Shown here one piece after another: positions 38,191 to 50,912 of a DNA stretch of 64,000 nucleotides. A program made the translations under genes and the position numbers. The notes under the pieces are model-generated. The model saw only the letters and a list, made by a program, of their open reading frames with translations. It was not told the origin of the DNA and searched no databases. Source of the DNA: Squalus acanthias (taxonomy: Eukaryota); assembly GCA_030390025.1 (NCBI GenBank), contig CM059432.1, positions 24,058,001-24,122,000 of the forward strand, given 5' to 3'. Position 1 is the stretch's first letter; the number at the start of each line of letters is the position of its first letter.

Positions 38191-39758
38191 GTCTCTGCAC
38201 TTATGGTCCAGATAGGTGAGAATGATTCCAAATGAGGAATTGACATCGGGTAATACACAACTCACAAGGAAGCCAGGGGATAAGCGGAGGCTTAGGAGAT
38301 GTCAGGCCTTAAAAGGTGAGCATTTAGACAATAATCTCAGGAAAAGACATGCCGAGCATCACAATCATATGGACACTCCAAACACCCTAAAAATGTGCAG
38401 CAGACGGTAGGGATGGCAGTAGAATCCAATACCATCTTTTGCGATACAATCAGTGAAGACTTCTCTGCAATGCATAGCATCCTGGGGTGAGCGGCAGCTC
38501 TAGAAACTTCAGAACCTTTCCCACAGAAAGCAGAGGCATCCTGACACATAACTCTGTGAATATATCAAGGAATGAGCTCTTGGGGCTATACACGGTATTT
38601 GGTTGGGTATTTGTAGACGGATTTGTTTTCCTGTGGTGCTGTCTTATAAGCCCAGCTTCCCAAGTTGCCTGCTGTTCCTTCTCCTCTCCCTCCTTCAACA
38701 ACTAAATCATAAAGAGAGGGATCTCCATTGGGAAAAACATTTCCCAGCTTTTCCCTTCATTTTAGGGAAGTTCTCTGCATAAAAAACAATCTCGAGTGAC
38801 TCCAAACGAAGCTCCGAGCCTCAAAAATAAATTGCAAAAGCAACCTTGACAAAAACCAAGCTAAAGCAAAGTTATGCGCCTCACTCTAACAGCACAATGA
38901 AAAACAACACACCTTTAAGATCCCAGCATCAGTCCTCCTCAAAAGCTGCCATAAGTTGGATCTCAGAAATGATGGAATTTAGGACTTATGATCTAAATCT
39001 GCAGTTTGCATAACAGCATCTTAGGCAGGACTGGCATACCTTACACCCTTCCTCAATTCCAGCAGAATTTAAGGCAGAATTGAGGTGGCATGTGCTTTCG
39101 AAGTCCAGAATTCTGACCCCCTTCCCAGACAGATCCACCGGTTTAAACCCTACAAAACCATTGGAATTTCGGGGTCTATATCTGTCACAAAGCACATGGG
39201 CAGGGGTTGAGTTGTGTGCATGTGTGTGTGCGTATTCGCGTGTGTGCTTGTGTGTGTGTGTGTGTGGGACGGGGATTAGATGTGCATTTTGGACCTTGAA
39301 TTGCTCTTCCTAATTCTTGATGCTTTCCAATTAGGATGCAGCTACACCGTTAGATGGAACATTCAAATTGTAAGTAATAAATAAAATCTGGACAAGGTGC
39401 AATAAATCTTGGCTGCCTCATGAACATGTTCCGAAAGCTTTGTCGATAATTTTATTTCAGTTGTTTGACTCTGTGTTTTTATTTCATCTGGCTGCTCAAA
39501 CCATTAGTAAAATGATATACCACAGGGGCCTGCAGAGAATATAATCATATTACAGCAAGTATAATGAGAAGGACTTGAAGTAGTTATCAACCAGTGTGAA
39601 GGCAGGTGGGATTATTCTAACTACATTCCCTAGACCCCATGATTAAGTGCTGTTGTACCTCAATTATTTAATACTTTGAATTCCACATTTACAAGCAGAG
39701 CGATTACACTTAAGTGTATCCTTCTTCACATTTAAAAATAAAAGAATTTAATATTCAT

Positions 39759-39780
39759 TATATATATATATATATATATA
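39759..39780. repeat. (TA)n microsatellite
   Basis: Read directly. Confidence 0.95.
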
Positions 39781-42054
39781 CTTCACTTAATTAATGAAAC
39801 CTTATTACTATTCATATATTATTAATTGCACCCAAATATATTCATATTGTACCATCAATTCACTGCTGCATGCTGCTTCATTGGGTATCCCATTATCATC
39901 ATCATATTTTTTAACATGAATAACAGTTTATTCATGAACGAGGCCTTCATCCAGCACCACCGTAATTACCTGTCCTGGATCATTGCTTCAGCTTCGTTGC
40001 ATTCTAATCTATTTTCCAGGCAGCCTTTTACTGGCACACTGAAGCACGGTTTTCTTGAGTTTTCTTGCTTGCCCTTTTATTCCGGTGAACAGGGTACAAT
40101 GGTGTCGCTCTGGATTAGACTGATGCAAGATACACGGTAATTTTAACTTCTGCCCATAGTGCAAGTCATTGGATTACGTTGAGTGACACTGTGAAAGTGC
40201 TCAGAGAGAACATGCTTACAGTGTCACTACACACGAGCCTTGATTTTACCCAGCATGCCTGATGAAGCATTCCCGGAACGTACCAGCTATGGGGAAGGAG
40301 CGAGGGAGTGGGAATAAATGAATGGCTCTTTCAAAGAGCCAGCACAGACACGATGGGCTGAATGGCCTCTTTCTGTACTGTATCATTCTATAATTCTAGA
40401 ATGATGGGTATGCATATCCATTCTTGGTGGTGTGATGTGTGTCTGGTCCCAGATGATCAAGGGAGGGTATAAAGTTCCACCATCCTTGCTCCATCTTCAT
40501 ATACTAAGATTCTCAAACTCATGATCTTCTCTGCTGTCAAATGCAACTTCCACATCTCCTTCACTATTTAAACTGCCTCTGAGAAGTTAATGCTTGGTAA
40601 CACTTCATTTCCCCTCAACAATGCTTGACTTTCCATAAAGTCCAAAAAAAGGAATGTTGTTTCCAGAGGGGGAAAATTTCGACCTACATTGACTCGTCAT
40701 TGAGTGTCCCGGAGTGGAAGTCAGCTTTAAGGTGAGCATGTATCTTTGCTAAAGCCCTTTACATGGATTACACATCGTATGATGGAGCATTGAGCAAGCC
40801 TATGAGAGCAGATGCTCATTATGTAGCCGATAAGGAAATTCTGAGACTTGACATATAACTACTGGAGAACATAGCACCTACTATGATTGGGTTGCAGAGA
40901 GTTGAGCAGCTGATGTTGAACGTAGGAACATAAGAACAGGAGTAGCCCATGCAGTACCTTGAGCATGCTTCACCATTCATTTAGATCAAGGTTGATCTTG
41001 AAGGTCCACACCTCCAACTAGTGGAACCACCATTCAATAAGGAAATTGTTGTGTCCATGCTGTGGTCAGGGAATGGCGGCAAAGTATTGACAAATCTCAT
41101 ACTCTGTTGTGCTGCTCACTATACAGCTCATGAGGAGATCCTGGAATCTGGTGTCCTTCTAGGGCTCAAACCCACACTTATCAGTTGTCTATAACTGTCC
41201 CCCTTGGGAAATCACCAGGCGGGCCTTCTTTATGGTCAAAGTGGCGAAAATAAATCACTCTTGATGTAACCCACTAAACTCTCTGTGGTAGAATTACTAA
41301 TCTGATACCTGAATCAGGAGGCCCACAGTATTACAGGGCGCTGTTTTGATTGACCAGCCAGCCTGGTGCACTACTGGAGCTGAGAGGAATAGACCTGTTG
41401 CTTGGAACTAGGATTCTTCTCAGTCAACCCTGCAAACCAATGACCCAACAGCTGCAGTGTCCTAGCTGGACAAGCTGAGGAAGAAGCTTTGGTAATCTAT
41501 GTGATTTTAACTTTACCCTTGCACACACTTGGGGGGACTCTAAGGGGTAAAAATTCACTTGGTTGCGCCTCCCGTTAGCGCCTTAAGAGGGCGCTAATGG
41601 GGCGTTAAGCCGCTAACGCCCGGGCGCAGCGATGTTTGCGCCGCTCGAGAACTTAACTTGAGATTGTGCGGCGGCGCTAAAACTTACCGCTGCGACCACC
41701 TGCGCGCGCAGATTGTGACGTCATTCCATGGTGCAACGCCCTTGGGGCGCCCCGGAGCAGAAATTGAGTGGCGCCCCCTGCCTTACCGCCTGGCGCTTCC
41801 AACGACTGGAAGACTGGAACGTTATCAATCGGTGTGGGGCTGGGGGGGGCGCTATTTAAAGGGGGCCTCTTCCTGTCTTTTTCTGTGGTCGACATTTATG
41901 CACCACTCGTTCTGAGAGAGAGAGAGAGATTCGGAGAGAGAGAGAGAGAGACTTCTACATTGACTCAACGCTTTGTGAGGTAGTTTTGCCTATTCATCCT
42001 AACTTTGTTGCTACTTTAGTTGCTGTACCTCATTACTTTTCTGGCAAAGAGAAT

Positions 42055-43215
42055 ATGGGGGCTGCAATGATTGGGGGCGTCGTCCTGCTCCAGCTGAATC
42101 GGAGGATACCAAGACGCAGACAGAGAGTGGCAATGATGGCCAGACAGAGGAGGGCCATCAGGCGCATGTACAGGAGAGCTTACCCTCCCAGGGTATATCG
42201 TGAACAGCTCTCCTACATCCATATGTCCGAGGAGCTGTGTTTGCGAAGGCTGCGATTCAGCAAGGAGGTGGTCACTGAGCTCTGCCACCTGCTGCAGCCA
42301 GATCTGCAGCCTCAGCTGAGGTCCAGGACGTCTCTGTCGGTGGCAGTGAAGGTCACAGTGGCTTTGAACTTCTACGCCACTGGCTCATTCCAAGCTGCTG
42401 TTGGGGACCTCGCCAATATCTCCCAGTTTGCGGTGCATCGCTGCATCCGGCAGGTCACCAATGCCCTCTTCAGAAGGAGACGAGACTTCATCTCTTTCCC
42501 TATGACCCCAGACAAGCAGCGTGACCGTGCTCTGGGCTTTGCAAGGGTAGCGGGCTTCCCCATGGTGCAGGGCGCCATTGACTGCACGCATGTGGCTTTG
42601 CGTGCACCGCGAGAGAATGCAGAGGAATTCGGGAACAGAAAGGGGTTCCATTCCTTGAATGTGCAGTTGGTCTGTGACCACAGACAGGTGATACTCGCTG
42701 TCAATGCCCACTATCCGGGCAGCTGCCACGATGCTTTCATCCTGCGCCAGACTACTGTGGCAGAAGTTTTCGAGGCACCGCATCAGCCAGTTGGTTGGCT
42801 TCTGGGGGACAAGGGGTACGCATTGAGCACCTGGCTGATGACACCGCTCCGTACGCCAAACACCCCTGCTGAGCTGCGGTTCAATGAAAGCCATCAAGCA
42901 ACCAGGAACATTATTGAGCGCACAATCGGCGTGCTGAAACAACGGTTCCGCTGTCTGGACCATTCCGGAGGAGCCCTGCAGTACTCGCCTGAGCAAGTTT
43001 CGAACTTCGTAGTCGTGTGCTGCATGTTGCACAACATGGCAATCCTCAGGACCCAGCCAATGCCACCAGGCCTTGTAGCACCACCAGAGGAGGAGGAGGA
43101 AGAGGAGGAAGAGGACGAGGACGATGATCATCAGCAGCACCAAGGCAGGAGGGCGGCCCACAATGGTCAAACTGCAAGGGCCGTCCGTCAACGACTAATA
43201 GCAAGCCGCTTCTAG
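42055..43215 (+). CDS. Harbinger DDE transposase (HARBI1-like family), 386 aa, intact frame
   Basis: ATG at 42055; catalytic motifs GAIDCTH, LLGDKGY, RNIIERTIGVLKQRFRCL; also NRKGFHSLNVQ and CCMLHN; acidic tail. Confidence 0.93.
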   Translation: MGAAMIGGVVLLQLNRRIPRRRQRVAMMARQRRAIRRMYRRAYPPRVYREQLSYIHMSEELCLRRLRFSKEVVTELCHLLQPDLQPQLRSRTSLSVAVKVTVALNFYATGSFQAAVGDLANISQFAVHRCIRQVTNALFRRRRDFISFPMTPDKQRDRALGFARVAGFPMVQGAIDCTHVALRAPRENAEEFGNRKGFHSLNVQLVCDHRQVILAVNAHYPGSCHDAFILRQTTVAEVFEAPHQPVGWLLGDKGYALSTWLMTPLRTPNTPAELRFNESHQATRNIIERTIGVLKQRFRCLDHSGGALQYSPEQVSNFVVVCCMLHNMAILRTQPMPPGLVAPPEEEEEEEEEDEDDDHQQHQGRRAAHNGQTARAVRQRLIASRF

Positions 43216-43509
43216 GGCCCCTGCCATTGCTACAAACACTAATCAACCCAGCACGCAACCCCTAAGCCGGCCAAGGCACCAATAATTCCAACCACCAGCC
43301 ATGTATATTTTGAATACAGAAACTTATTTATTTTACAAACTCTGTGTGTGTCAATTCCTCATGACAAACTCATAGAAATAAACACAAAAAAACAGTCAAT
43401 AACATAACTGGTTCTCACAACCTGGAGATAATGTCCAAAACACTAAACAAAAGTTGGACCATGAACCTCGGCCTTTAATAAAAAAATGACCAGCATTTTG
43501 TCACACCTC

Positions 43510-45329
43510 CTACTTTTTGCCCTTCGAGGGTGATCTCCTTCCCTTGCGCACTTCCCCCCTTCTAACCCTACTGCTCCTCCGTAATGGGACCTCAGTGGCT
43601 GCAGCAAGGCTGGTGGAAGGCTGCTGCTCGTCAGACCCTGACACTGCAGATGCCCCTGAAGGACGGCCTCGACCACTTCTGGGCCTGGAGGGCCCGGCTG
43701 CAGACTGCACCAACTCTGCATGGGCGGCAGCAGTCTATCCTACAGGCGGTGGCAAGTGCAGTGGAGAAGTGACAGTGTTGGCAGCATGAATGCTGTCATC
43801 GTGAGAGAGGCCAGCAACTCCCTGCTCGCCCGACACACTGGCACTCCCACGGGGCAGCTCTTCAGCATCCGGAGCAATCTGCCGGAGAACAGATTGCTGG
43901 CCTGCTGCGGCGCGGTGACAGCCCCGGGGACATGTGCACGAACCATCGAGGTTGGCAGCAGTCTGTGCTCGCGTGGCCTCCATCTGAGTCTGTATGAGAG
44001 CAGTCAGAGATGGAATCACGGCAGTCAGTGACTGAATTGCAGCACTAAGCGTTAGTGTGGCATCCGCCTGTGCTACAGCGAAGTGCTCCACACTCCTTGC
44101 CAGTGACTCAATGCATTCGGGCACCCTTCCCACTGCACCCATGAGCTCACTGTGCATGCCCACCGCCTGGGTGTTCATTTCTGCGATCAGCCGCTCCTCC
44201 TCTGCATCCATTGCAGTAGGAGTCGCTGGCATACTCTCCCTCTGGGGAGAAGGCCCCCGTTCTTCCCTACCCCCATGGCGTTGCTGCAGCCCGCTGGGTC
44301 CTGGAGCTTCACCCTCATCAGACCCTTCACCCCTGCTCCCCTCCAGGGAAGGCGTGTTCCCAGTGTGGGCATGGGCTTCCTTGGGAGAGGGTGGCACTGA
44401 TGCTCTGGCTTCCTCTTCCTCCTCAGCTGCAGCATCACTCCCAGTGGCAGCTTCAGGGCCCGTCTCCTCAGCTGGTGAATCACCATCTGAAAGCAGGGAG
44501 GTACAAGAGTGGCTTTAGCGTGAGGACAGGGTGGCAGTAAGGGAGGAATAAGTGCAGCGAGTTAGCAAGTTGGATTGAAAGTGTCAAAGGCTGGTGTTGT
44601 GAGGGACAAGTGGAAGGACAGAGGACAAAAAGGTGATGACCTTACCATTGCTGTCCAGAACGGGGTCGGCGTCTCCAGTGGCGACGGGACCGATCACCCG
44701 GCTTGCCACAATCCTGTGGAAGCGCTCCTCCAGATCGCTGAGGGGTTGCAGCTGAAGCCGCCCTCCACCTGTCCGTTGCTGCTGTCTCCTATTATGAGCC
44801 AGCTTAGCCTGCAAGAAAAAGGACAGCATCTGAGTAAATATGCAGCCATGGTCTTGCCTGATGTGCCTCCCATAGGTGAATAGCCCTTACAATATACAGC
44901 CATGGTCTTGCCTGATGTGCCTCCCATAGGTGAATAGCCCTTACTGTATGCAAAGTGTGGAATGTGTGTGTGTGTTTGATGAAAGGGCCATAGGTGTTGG
45001 ATGAGTGTTGTGCATTGGGGTTTTAAGACCCTCTGGCCATAGAGTGAGGTTGAGATGGAGGGATGGAGAGGTATTGAGAAAAAGCCACTCACCCTGACGA
45101 CCCGAGTGAGGTCGTTGAACTTTTTGCGGCATTGAGTATGGGTCCTGGGCACCATGCTCCTGGAGGAGACGCTCTGAGCCACCTCCCTCCACACTCTTCT
45201 GAACTCGCGTGGCAAAGGCCTCCTGCCACTCTCAGGGAACAGCATACATCGTCTGCGCTCCACTGCGTCAACCAGAGCATTCAAGTCCCGCTCGGTGAAG
45301 CGATGAGCGCGTTCTCTCACCCTCTCCAT
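43510..45329 (-). CDS. Harbinger Myb/SANT-like protein; exons 45329-45093, 44808-44646, 44486-43510; in-frame TAG at 43735-43737
   Basis: 'RFTERDLNALVDAV...WREVA...QCRKKFNDL'; GT-AG junctions with compatible phases (0 then 1); frame continues past the TAG to a basic C-terminus. Confidence 0.85.
44843..44944. repeat. Direct duplication, 54-bp period, in Myb intron 1
   Basis: CAGCCATGGTCTTGCCTGATGTGCCTCCCATAGGTGAATAGCCCTTAC occurs twice. Confidence 0.9.
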
Positions 45330-48269
45330 GCTTGGCAGCAAAATGGATTACAGGTCTCTCCAGGCTGAGATTCAAGGCTGCAATGAGCAGGGTGTGGCTG
45401 GGGAGCAAGTGGCCCCCCCCGCTTTAAGAAGTGTCCGGCGCCAGTGTGTCTGTGTTCCCTTCGCCAACTGGCAGCAGCTGCGCTGCGCTCGCGCGCTGAG
45501 TTAGCGCCTCACTCCTTGGCCTTTGCGCCTTAAGAGAGGTGTGCAGCGCCTGCTTTAGCGCTCCACTCACCTCCCGGGGTGGTAAAAGTGAAGTTTCCTG
45601 TCAGTGCCGATAATTAGCGCCAGGCGCTAATATTTGCGTCCGGACGATATTTGCGCCCCAAATGGGGCGCAACCTAATTTCTACCCCTAAGACTACCAAA
45701 CTGCACTTAAGCTCTCTGGACTTGAGTCCCGACAGGACTGAGTGTGCACTCTAGTGCACTCTATAGCAGTCGAACAGAAACTCTGCAGTTGGATGCAGAT
45801 TTTTCAGTATCTTAAACATTGCGATGGTATTCGTGCACATAAGACAACTGGCCTACCAAAAAGTTATTTTTCTTGCCTTTAAATGCCAGCGCTGTACTGT
45901 ACTACAAGTCCTGGGCCTTCACCTTAGTTTCTCAGTAAAATATACAAATTCCTGTCAGCATAATGGCATCCAAGTCCCTGGTAATTTAATAACACTTTTT
46001 CACATTTGGATACCAAAATATCAAATTGAAAACTTGTACCGAAATCAGAACTTGAATTCAAATTTTGGACTTTCCAAATATGAGTTCCAAATCCCAACTT
46101 ATCTCATTGCTCATCTGTATTTTCCTCCCTATTTCTGCTTATTCTGTTTGTCTTTCATAAGATCCCAGGAGCACCACACCAAGCCAGTGCTTCACTCTGC
46201 TGGGAATTTGTTGCTGTGTATTGGGTTAAAACAGTTTCCTGGACTTACTTTGTATAACAAAAAAGGTATTTAATCTTCATTCAACTTCATTGCCCTTATC
46301 TTATCTTCTAACACCATGCTTCTAAGGCTGACAAACACAGATACTGATCCCACAGTCTCATCTTTAATGATGAGATTGGTTGGTAGTTCAGCACTAACTT
46401 ACATTGTCTTGGTTGTCTCTAGTTTTGAATTCATTTCGTAGTGAAAAATGTGTGCTCATCACTGTTCATTCATGATAGCTTTTCAGGGCCGAAGTGGCTC
46501 ATACGAGAGATTTAATCTGTTGTGCAAGGTTATGAGACAATAGAGTCTGACTAAGCTGAATGAATGTAGAGGCTGCAGGCAAACGTCTTTATACTTAAAC
46601 AGTCTGGTCTCAAACAGAGAGGTCTTTATCACCATTATACTCCTTTCCTGAATAAAAATCAATAAATGCTTCCCAATGAAAGAAAATATGGGGAAGCTCT
46701 TCTGACACCTCAATCATGATTCTGAACAGGACAGAAGATAAAGCTTGTCATCCTTCTTTCACATCTATCGTTTAAACTATCTCTCTTCTCTCGCAATTTT
46801 ATTGAAACTGTTAAAATTACTGATTTGCCTCCACCTAGAGTATTATTTGCCATGGGGAATGAGGAGTGGGGGAGACATCCTGGCCTTCGAAGGAATATAA
46901 GGAAGGGCAGCTAAGTTGATAAATTGGAATGGACATCGTGGTAATGAGGAAAGACGAAGGGGGAAAAATTCGGTACCTTGGCAGCTCCCGTTAGCGCCAG
47001 CAGATGGTGCTAACCGCCCCCCCCCCACAACAGTGCCGCCGCTAACAGTTATCGTCGGGAGCCTCAACGCCAGGTGGATTGTGACTTCAGTGAGTGTGCA
47101 ACGCTCACTGACCGCCCGATCTGCTAAATTGATTGTCGCCACCTACCTTGGCACCTGGAGTAAACAGCGACAGGGAGAGCTGGCATAAAGCACCAGGAAG
47201 CTAACTCCAGGGACGTTATTTACAGGGATCATCAGTAATGAGTCGTAGCTGTAGGTTAGTGGAATTTCAGTGTTTTCTTGTCAGTTTCACATAGTTCAAC
47301 CGTCTCATTCTGTAATTTCAAGGTTATTTAGCATCAGCAGTGTTGTGGCAGTTAAAAAGTAGCTACATTTATTCTCAAAAAAATCAAACAGGTACACTTG
47401 GGTACATTAATGATAGCTATACTGGCAGTTGACCTTGCCCTCCAGGATCTATGGCAGAGGCAGTGAGAAAGACTGGAATATGTGGCCAGAGGGAGAAGGA
47501 GGGCCATCAGGGCTCTCAACAGGAGGCCTTAGCCTCTGAGGGTATTTCGAGAGGACTTCTCCTACCTCCAATTAAGCGAGGAGCAGAGCATTAGACGGCT
47601 CTGCTTCACCAAGGAGGTGGTCACAGAACGCTGCTGCATCCTGCAACCAGACCTCTAGCCTCATATCAGGGTGACCACAGCTCTCCCAGTGGCAGTCAAG
47701 GTCACCGTCACCCTCAATTTCTTCGCCAGCGGATCCTTCCAGTCTGCAACGGGAGACATAGCTAACATCTCTCAGATCGCCGTCCATCACTGCATCCAGG
47801 AGGTCACAGAGGCTCTCTACACAGGAGAAGGGACTACATTTCCTTCCCTACCACCAGAGAGAAGCAGGACGAGCATTGGTGTGACATTGCCAGGATAGTG
47901 GGATTCCCCATAGTGCAGGGCACCATTGACTGCACCCACGTGGCTTTGCGGGCACTGCACAACAATCCTGAGATCTACTGTAACTGCAAAGGCTACCATT
48001 CATGTGCAGTCGGTGTGCGATCACAGACAGCTAATCTTCAATGTCAATGCCCGCTATGCTGGCAGCAGCCACAATGCCTTCATCCTGCGCCAGACCAGTG
48101 TGCCAGCACTCTTCCAGCCACCATGTCCAGCTTGCGGCTGCCTGCTCAGAGACAAGGGCTACCCACTCTCCACCTGGCTCATGACTCCCCTCCACAACCC
48201 CAACACTCCCGCCCAGCACTCATATAACGAGAGTCATGCTGCCACCAGGAACATCATCGAGCAGACCAT

Positions 48270-49723
48270 TGAAGGGATAATTACAAGTCGTAGCCCTTCT
48301 CAGGCTAGCCCAGATCAGGCGTATTCCCCAGACGTTCCCCTTCAACTAAAGTTAGAGATAGCCGAATCCTATAAGACGCTTAATTGGGTCTAAAGGTCCA
48401 GACTATCTCTCCCGAAAGGAAAGAAACAACTTGAAGATATTACCGTCCTCCAGATAACACTTTTAATAAGTTTAACTAGACTGTAACCTTCCGGATATTA
48501 TGAGGGTCTGGAAAACCCTCCAGAATTCTGCAACTCCTCACAAAAGAGTGTACAGAGATTTGAGTTTGCGAGGTTGATACAGAAATACTCTGTGAGACAA
48601 TTCTAAAAATATATAGATTTATTAAGGAACCGACATTTAGTTAACAGCTGATGAGTCAATCGCGACTTTGACAGTTCAAAATACAAATAGCTTACAATTC
48701 TATTCTCAGAGATCCTTATTCTCAAATCTTAACTTCGTTACATTTTTACATTTCTAAGTCTTATTCTTAATCCAGAATATCCACCAAAATCAATTAAAGT
48801 ACCGTTTGATCCCGGAGACTCAAAGAGTTAAAAACTTACAGAGCCTGCCTCTGAAGCTGAGAATCGCCTGCCCTTTCCAGCGACTTCTGTTTTCCCATTT
48901 GAAAATCCCATATCTTATACTCTTTTTGCAGTGGTCTCTCCTTTGAAGTTTTCTGCTGATGTAAGCTAATTATCTCTAGTCAGTCTTTCTGTTGACTTCT
49001 TTCTATTCTTACTGTTAGTTCAGCTGCTAACTCTCAGAATCCTGTCTGCTGTATAGGTGTTTCATAACTTATCAAATATGGTTTAACAGATTTATCTATT
49101 TGATGCTATTCTTACGAGGTCTTCTATTGAATTCTTAATATCCCCTTAACTGGTTATAAGCAGACGTCATGTCTACTAACTGTTCCAAGTTCAATACAAA
49201 CACAATGTGATTGCTTGGTACATCTATCTTCAAAGTGTTCTGTAGGTATCATATTTACAATATGTAAATCAAAACCACTTCAACCAGGGTGTTCCATGCA
49301 TTTCTTAGCTACTTCAATTGGTTGTATATATAATTGTGTTCCCTGTTTCATTTGATATTACTTTTACAAAGGCACATGGTTTTTTAATGTTCTGTGTTTC
49401 TGTTTGATGTGTTAATTTTTAACACTTTAAACTGGGTATAGCATTGTGTTGGTTCCAAACTGCAGACTCCTTGGAAGCAAGCCTTTGCTTCTTCAATAGG
49501 GCCATTGTCTCTGTGTCAATAACCATTTCCCATTTCAAAAGCTTGTATGGTGTTTACAGCTTTGTGTTAACACTTCATCTTATCTCAGAAGCCTGTATTT
49601 CTGTTTACAGCTTGTGTCGTTGAGGCTTTTAGATTTTTAAACCCAGTTTGTCATATTTTAATAATGTCAGAATTCTGTTCATAGGATGGCGTGTTTTTCT
49701 GAAATATGGCTCATTGCATTACA
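48270..49723 (-). repeat. 3' LTR of the foamy-like ERV, 1454 bp
   Basis: Minus strand TGTAATG...CCCTTCA; TATAAGA 48919-48913; GTAAGT 48839-48834; AATAAA 48623-48618; highly similar to 56702-57600. Confidence 0.92.
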
Positions 49724-49733
49724 CCCCCCTCTT
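49724..49733 (-). promoter_or_regulatory. Polypurine tract
   Basis: AAGAGGGGGG immediately before the TG of the 3' LTR. Confidence 0.85.
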
Positions 49734-50345
49734 GACCAAAAGATGAGCTTAAAACATCAGGGCAGAGTTTGGTCAATGTTCCTCATAAGGTTACAATAGC
49801 ATATTAAGTTCACGAGATGCACAATCATGTGTTACATGAAAATTCCTTTTAAGTCATCCTAGGACAATGTTTTGCCTTATTTTAAATTGAACACAATTTA
49901 AAAGGATGATAGTACATAGTCATGCTATTAGTGAAACAACATGTACTTAGAATGTCCAATCGGCAGATGTACATTCCGTAGAGGTGAGTTATTCATATGA
50001 GTCAAGGAGACGTCATTCGAAAGTAGTTGAAGCTTGACACGCTGTTTCTTTGATCCGTTGTGTGTACAGATGCTTGTTGTCGTAAAGGCCTTGCCAGGCA
50101 CTCAGTTGATTCCTTCTTCATCCACGATGTCTTCCTCCTTCGCTGAAGTAACTCGTTGATCTTTCCTTGTTTTGGTTGTCGCTTCCCGCGAATCCAATTC
50201 CTGATGCGTTGCCAAGCAATGTGTAGAAGAGCCAGCGACACCTTCTGACTGACCATCGTCAGTAATTCGATCGCATCCATTTCCTGTGTCGTGCTCCAAA
50301 CTGGGTCTTGAAAGACAGTGTACAACTGCACCTTGTATTATTCCT

Positions 50346-50912
50346 TCATTTCAGTATCCCGCAGGACATCTCGTTATTGTCTATGGAGACAGTTTTAAGA
50401 ATATGCTTGCCATTCGGCTGGTTAATATGTATTTGAACTGTTCTTTCATTAATAACAGAATGTATTTGAAGAGGTTTTTTCCACTTCGGTCTTAAACCAG
50501 GTTTTTGCTCGAACTTCTTTTCCTGTACCCATTCTCCTACTGTGGGTTGCCATGCTTTGTTTGTCAATTTTTTCTGCCTATTTGCCTCCCTTATCCTCTA
50601 ATCAATTCGATGAATCTCCTCTGTTACTTCTTTTTTTAAATCTAACTGTCGCTGTCAGGTCAAGGACTCAGAGTGTGTAGAAGCAATAAAAGAACTATGG
50701 TTAAGCGGTGTATGCATCTCAACCCCATACATCAGATAATATGGAGTTTTAGGGGACACTATCCCTGATGCAGATGTGGGCACATTATTGAGTGAAAGCT
50801 GCACCTCCGGAATGATGGTGGTCCACTTATTCCCTCTGATTCTCAACAGTTTGACCAATAGCTTTTTTACTTCCTGGTTTTTACGTTCCACCAGCCCCGC
50901 TGATTGCGGATG
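50346..50912 (-). pseudogene. Foamy-like integrase, end of catalytic core + C-terminal domain, two in-frame stops
   Basis: HPQSAGLVERKN..VKKLLVKLL..KW..IPEVQLSLNN..TPYYLMYG..WQPTVGEWVQE..LRPKWKKP..NERTV..TVSIDN; ORFs 50655-50984 and 50346-50567 are in the same frame. Confidence 0.88.

Larger units (their letters stand above)
41544..45687. mobile_element. Complete PIF/Harbinger transposon, 4144 bp, TSD TAA
   Basis: TIRs GGGGTAAAAATT / AATTTCTACCCC; TAA at 41541-41543 and 45688-45690; convergent transposase and Myb/SANT genes. Confidence 0.96.

Noticed and set aside
38330..40140. Possible host promoter or exons in repeat-poor sequence (TTATAAG near 38645; AG...GT at 40020-40136)
   Set aside because: Short frames with no recognisable domain; insufficient support.
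40257..40285. CTGATGAAG...GGAACG as a third hammerhead
   Set aside because: No convincing stem II and no GAAA core.
42385..43191. 268-aa antisense ORF and similar antisense ORFs over LINEs
   Set aside because: Shadow frames of real coding sequence on the opposite strand.
42055..43215. Domesticated host gene HARBI1
   Set aside because: Lies inside TIRs and TSD with a Myb partner, so it is a transposon gene.
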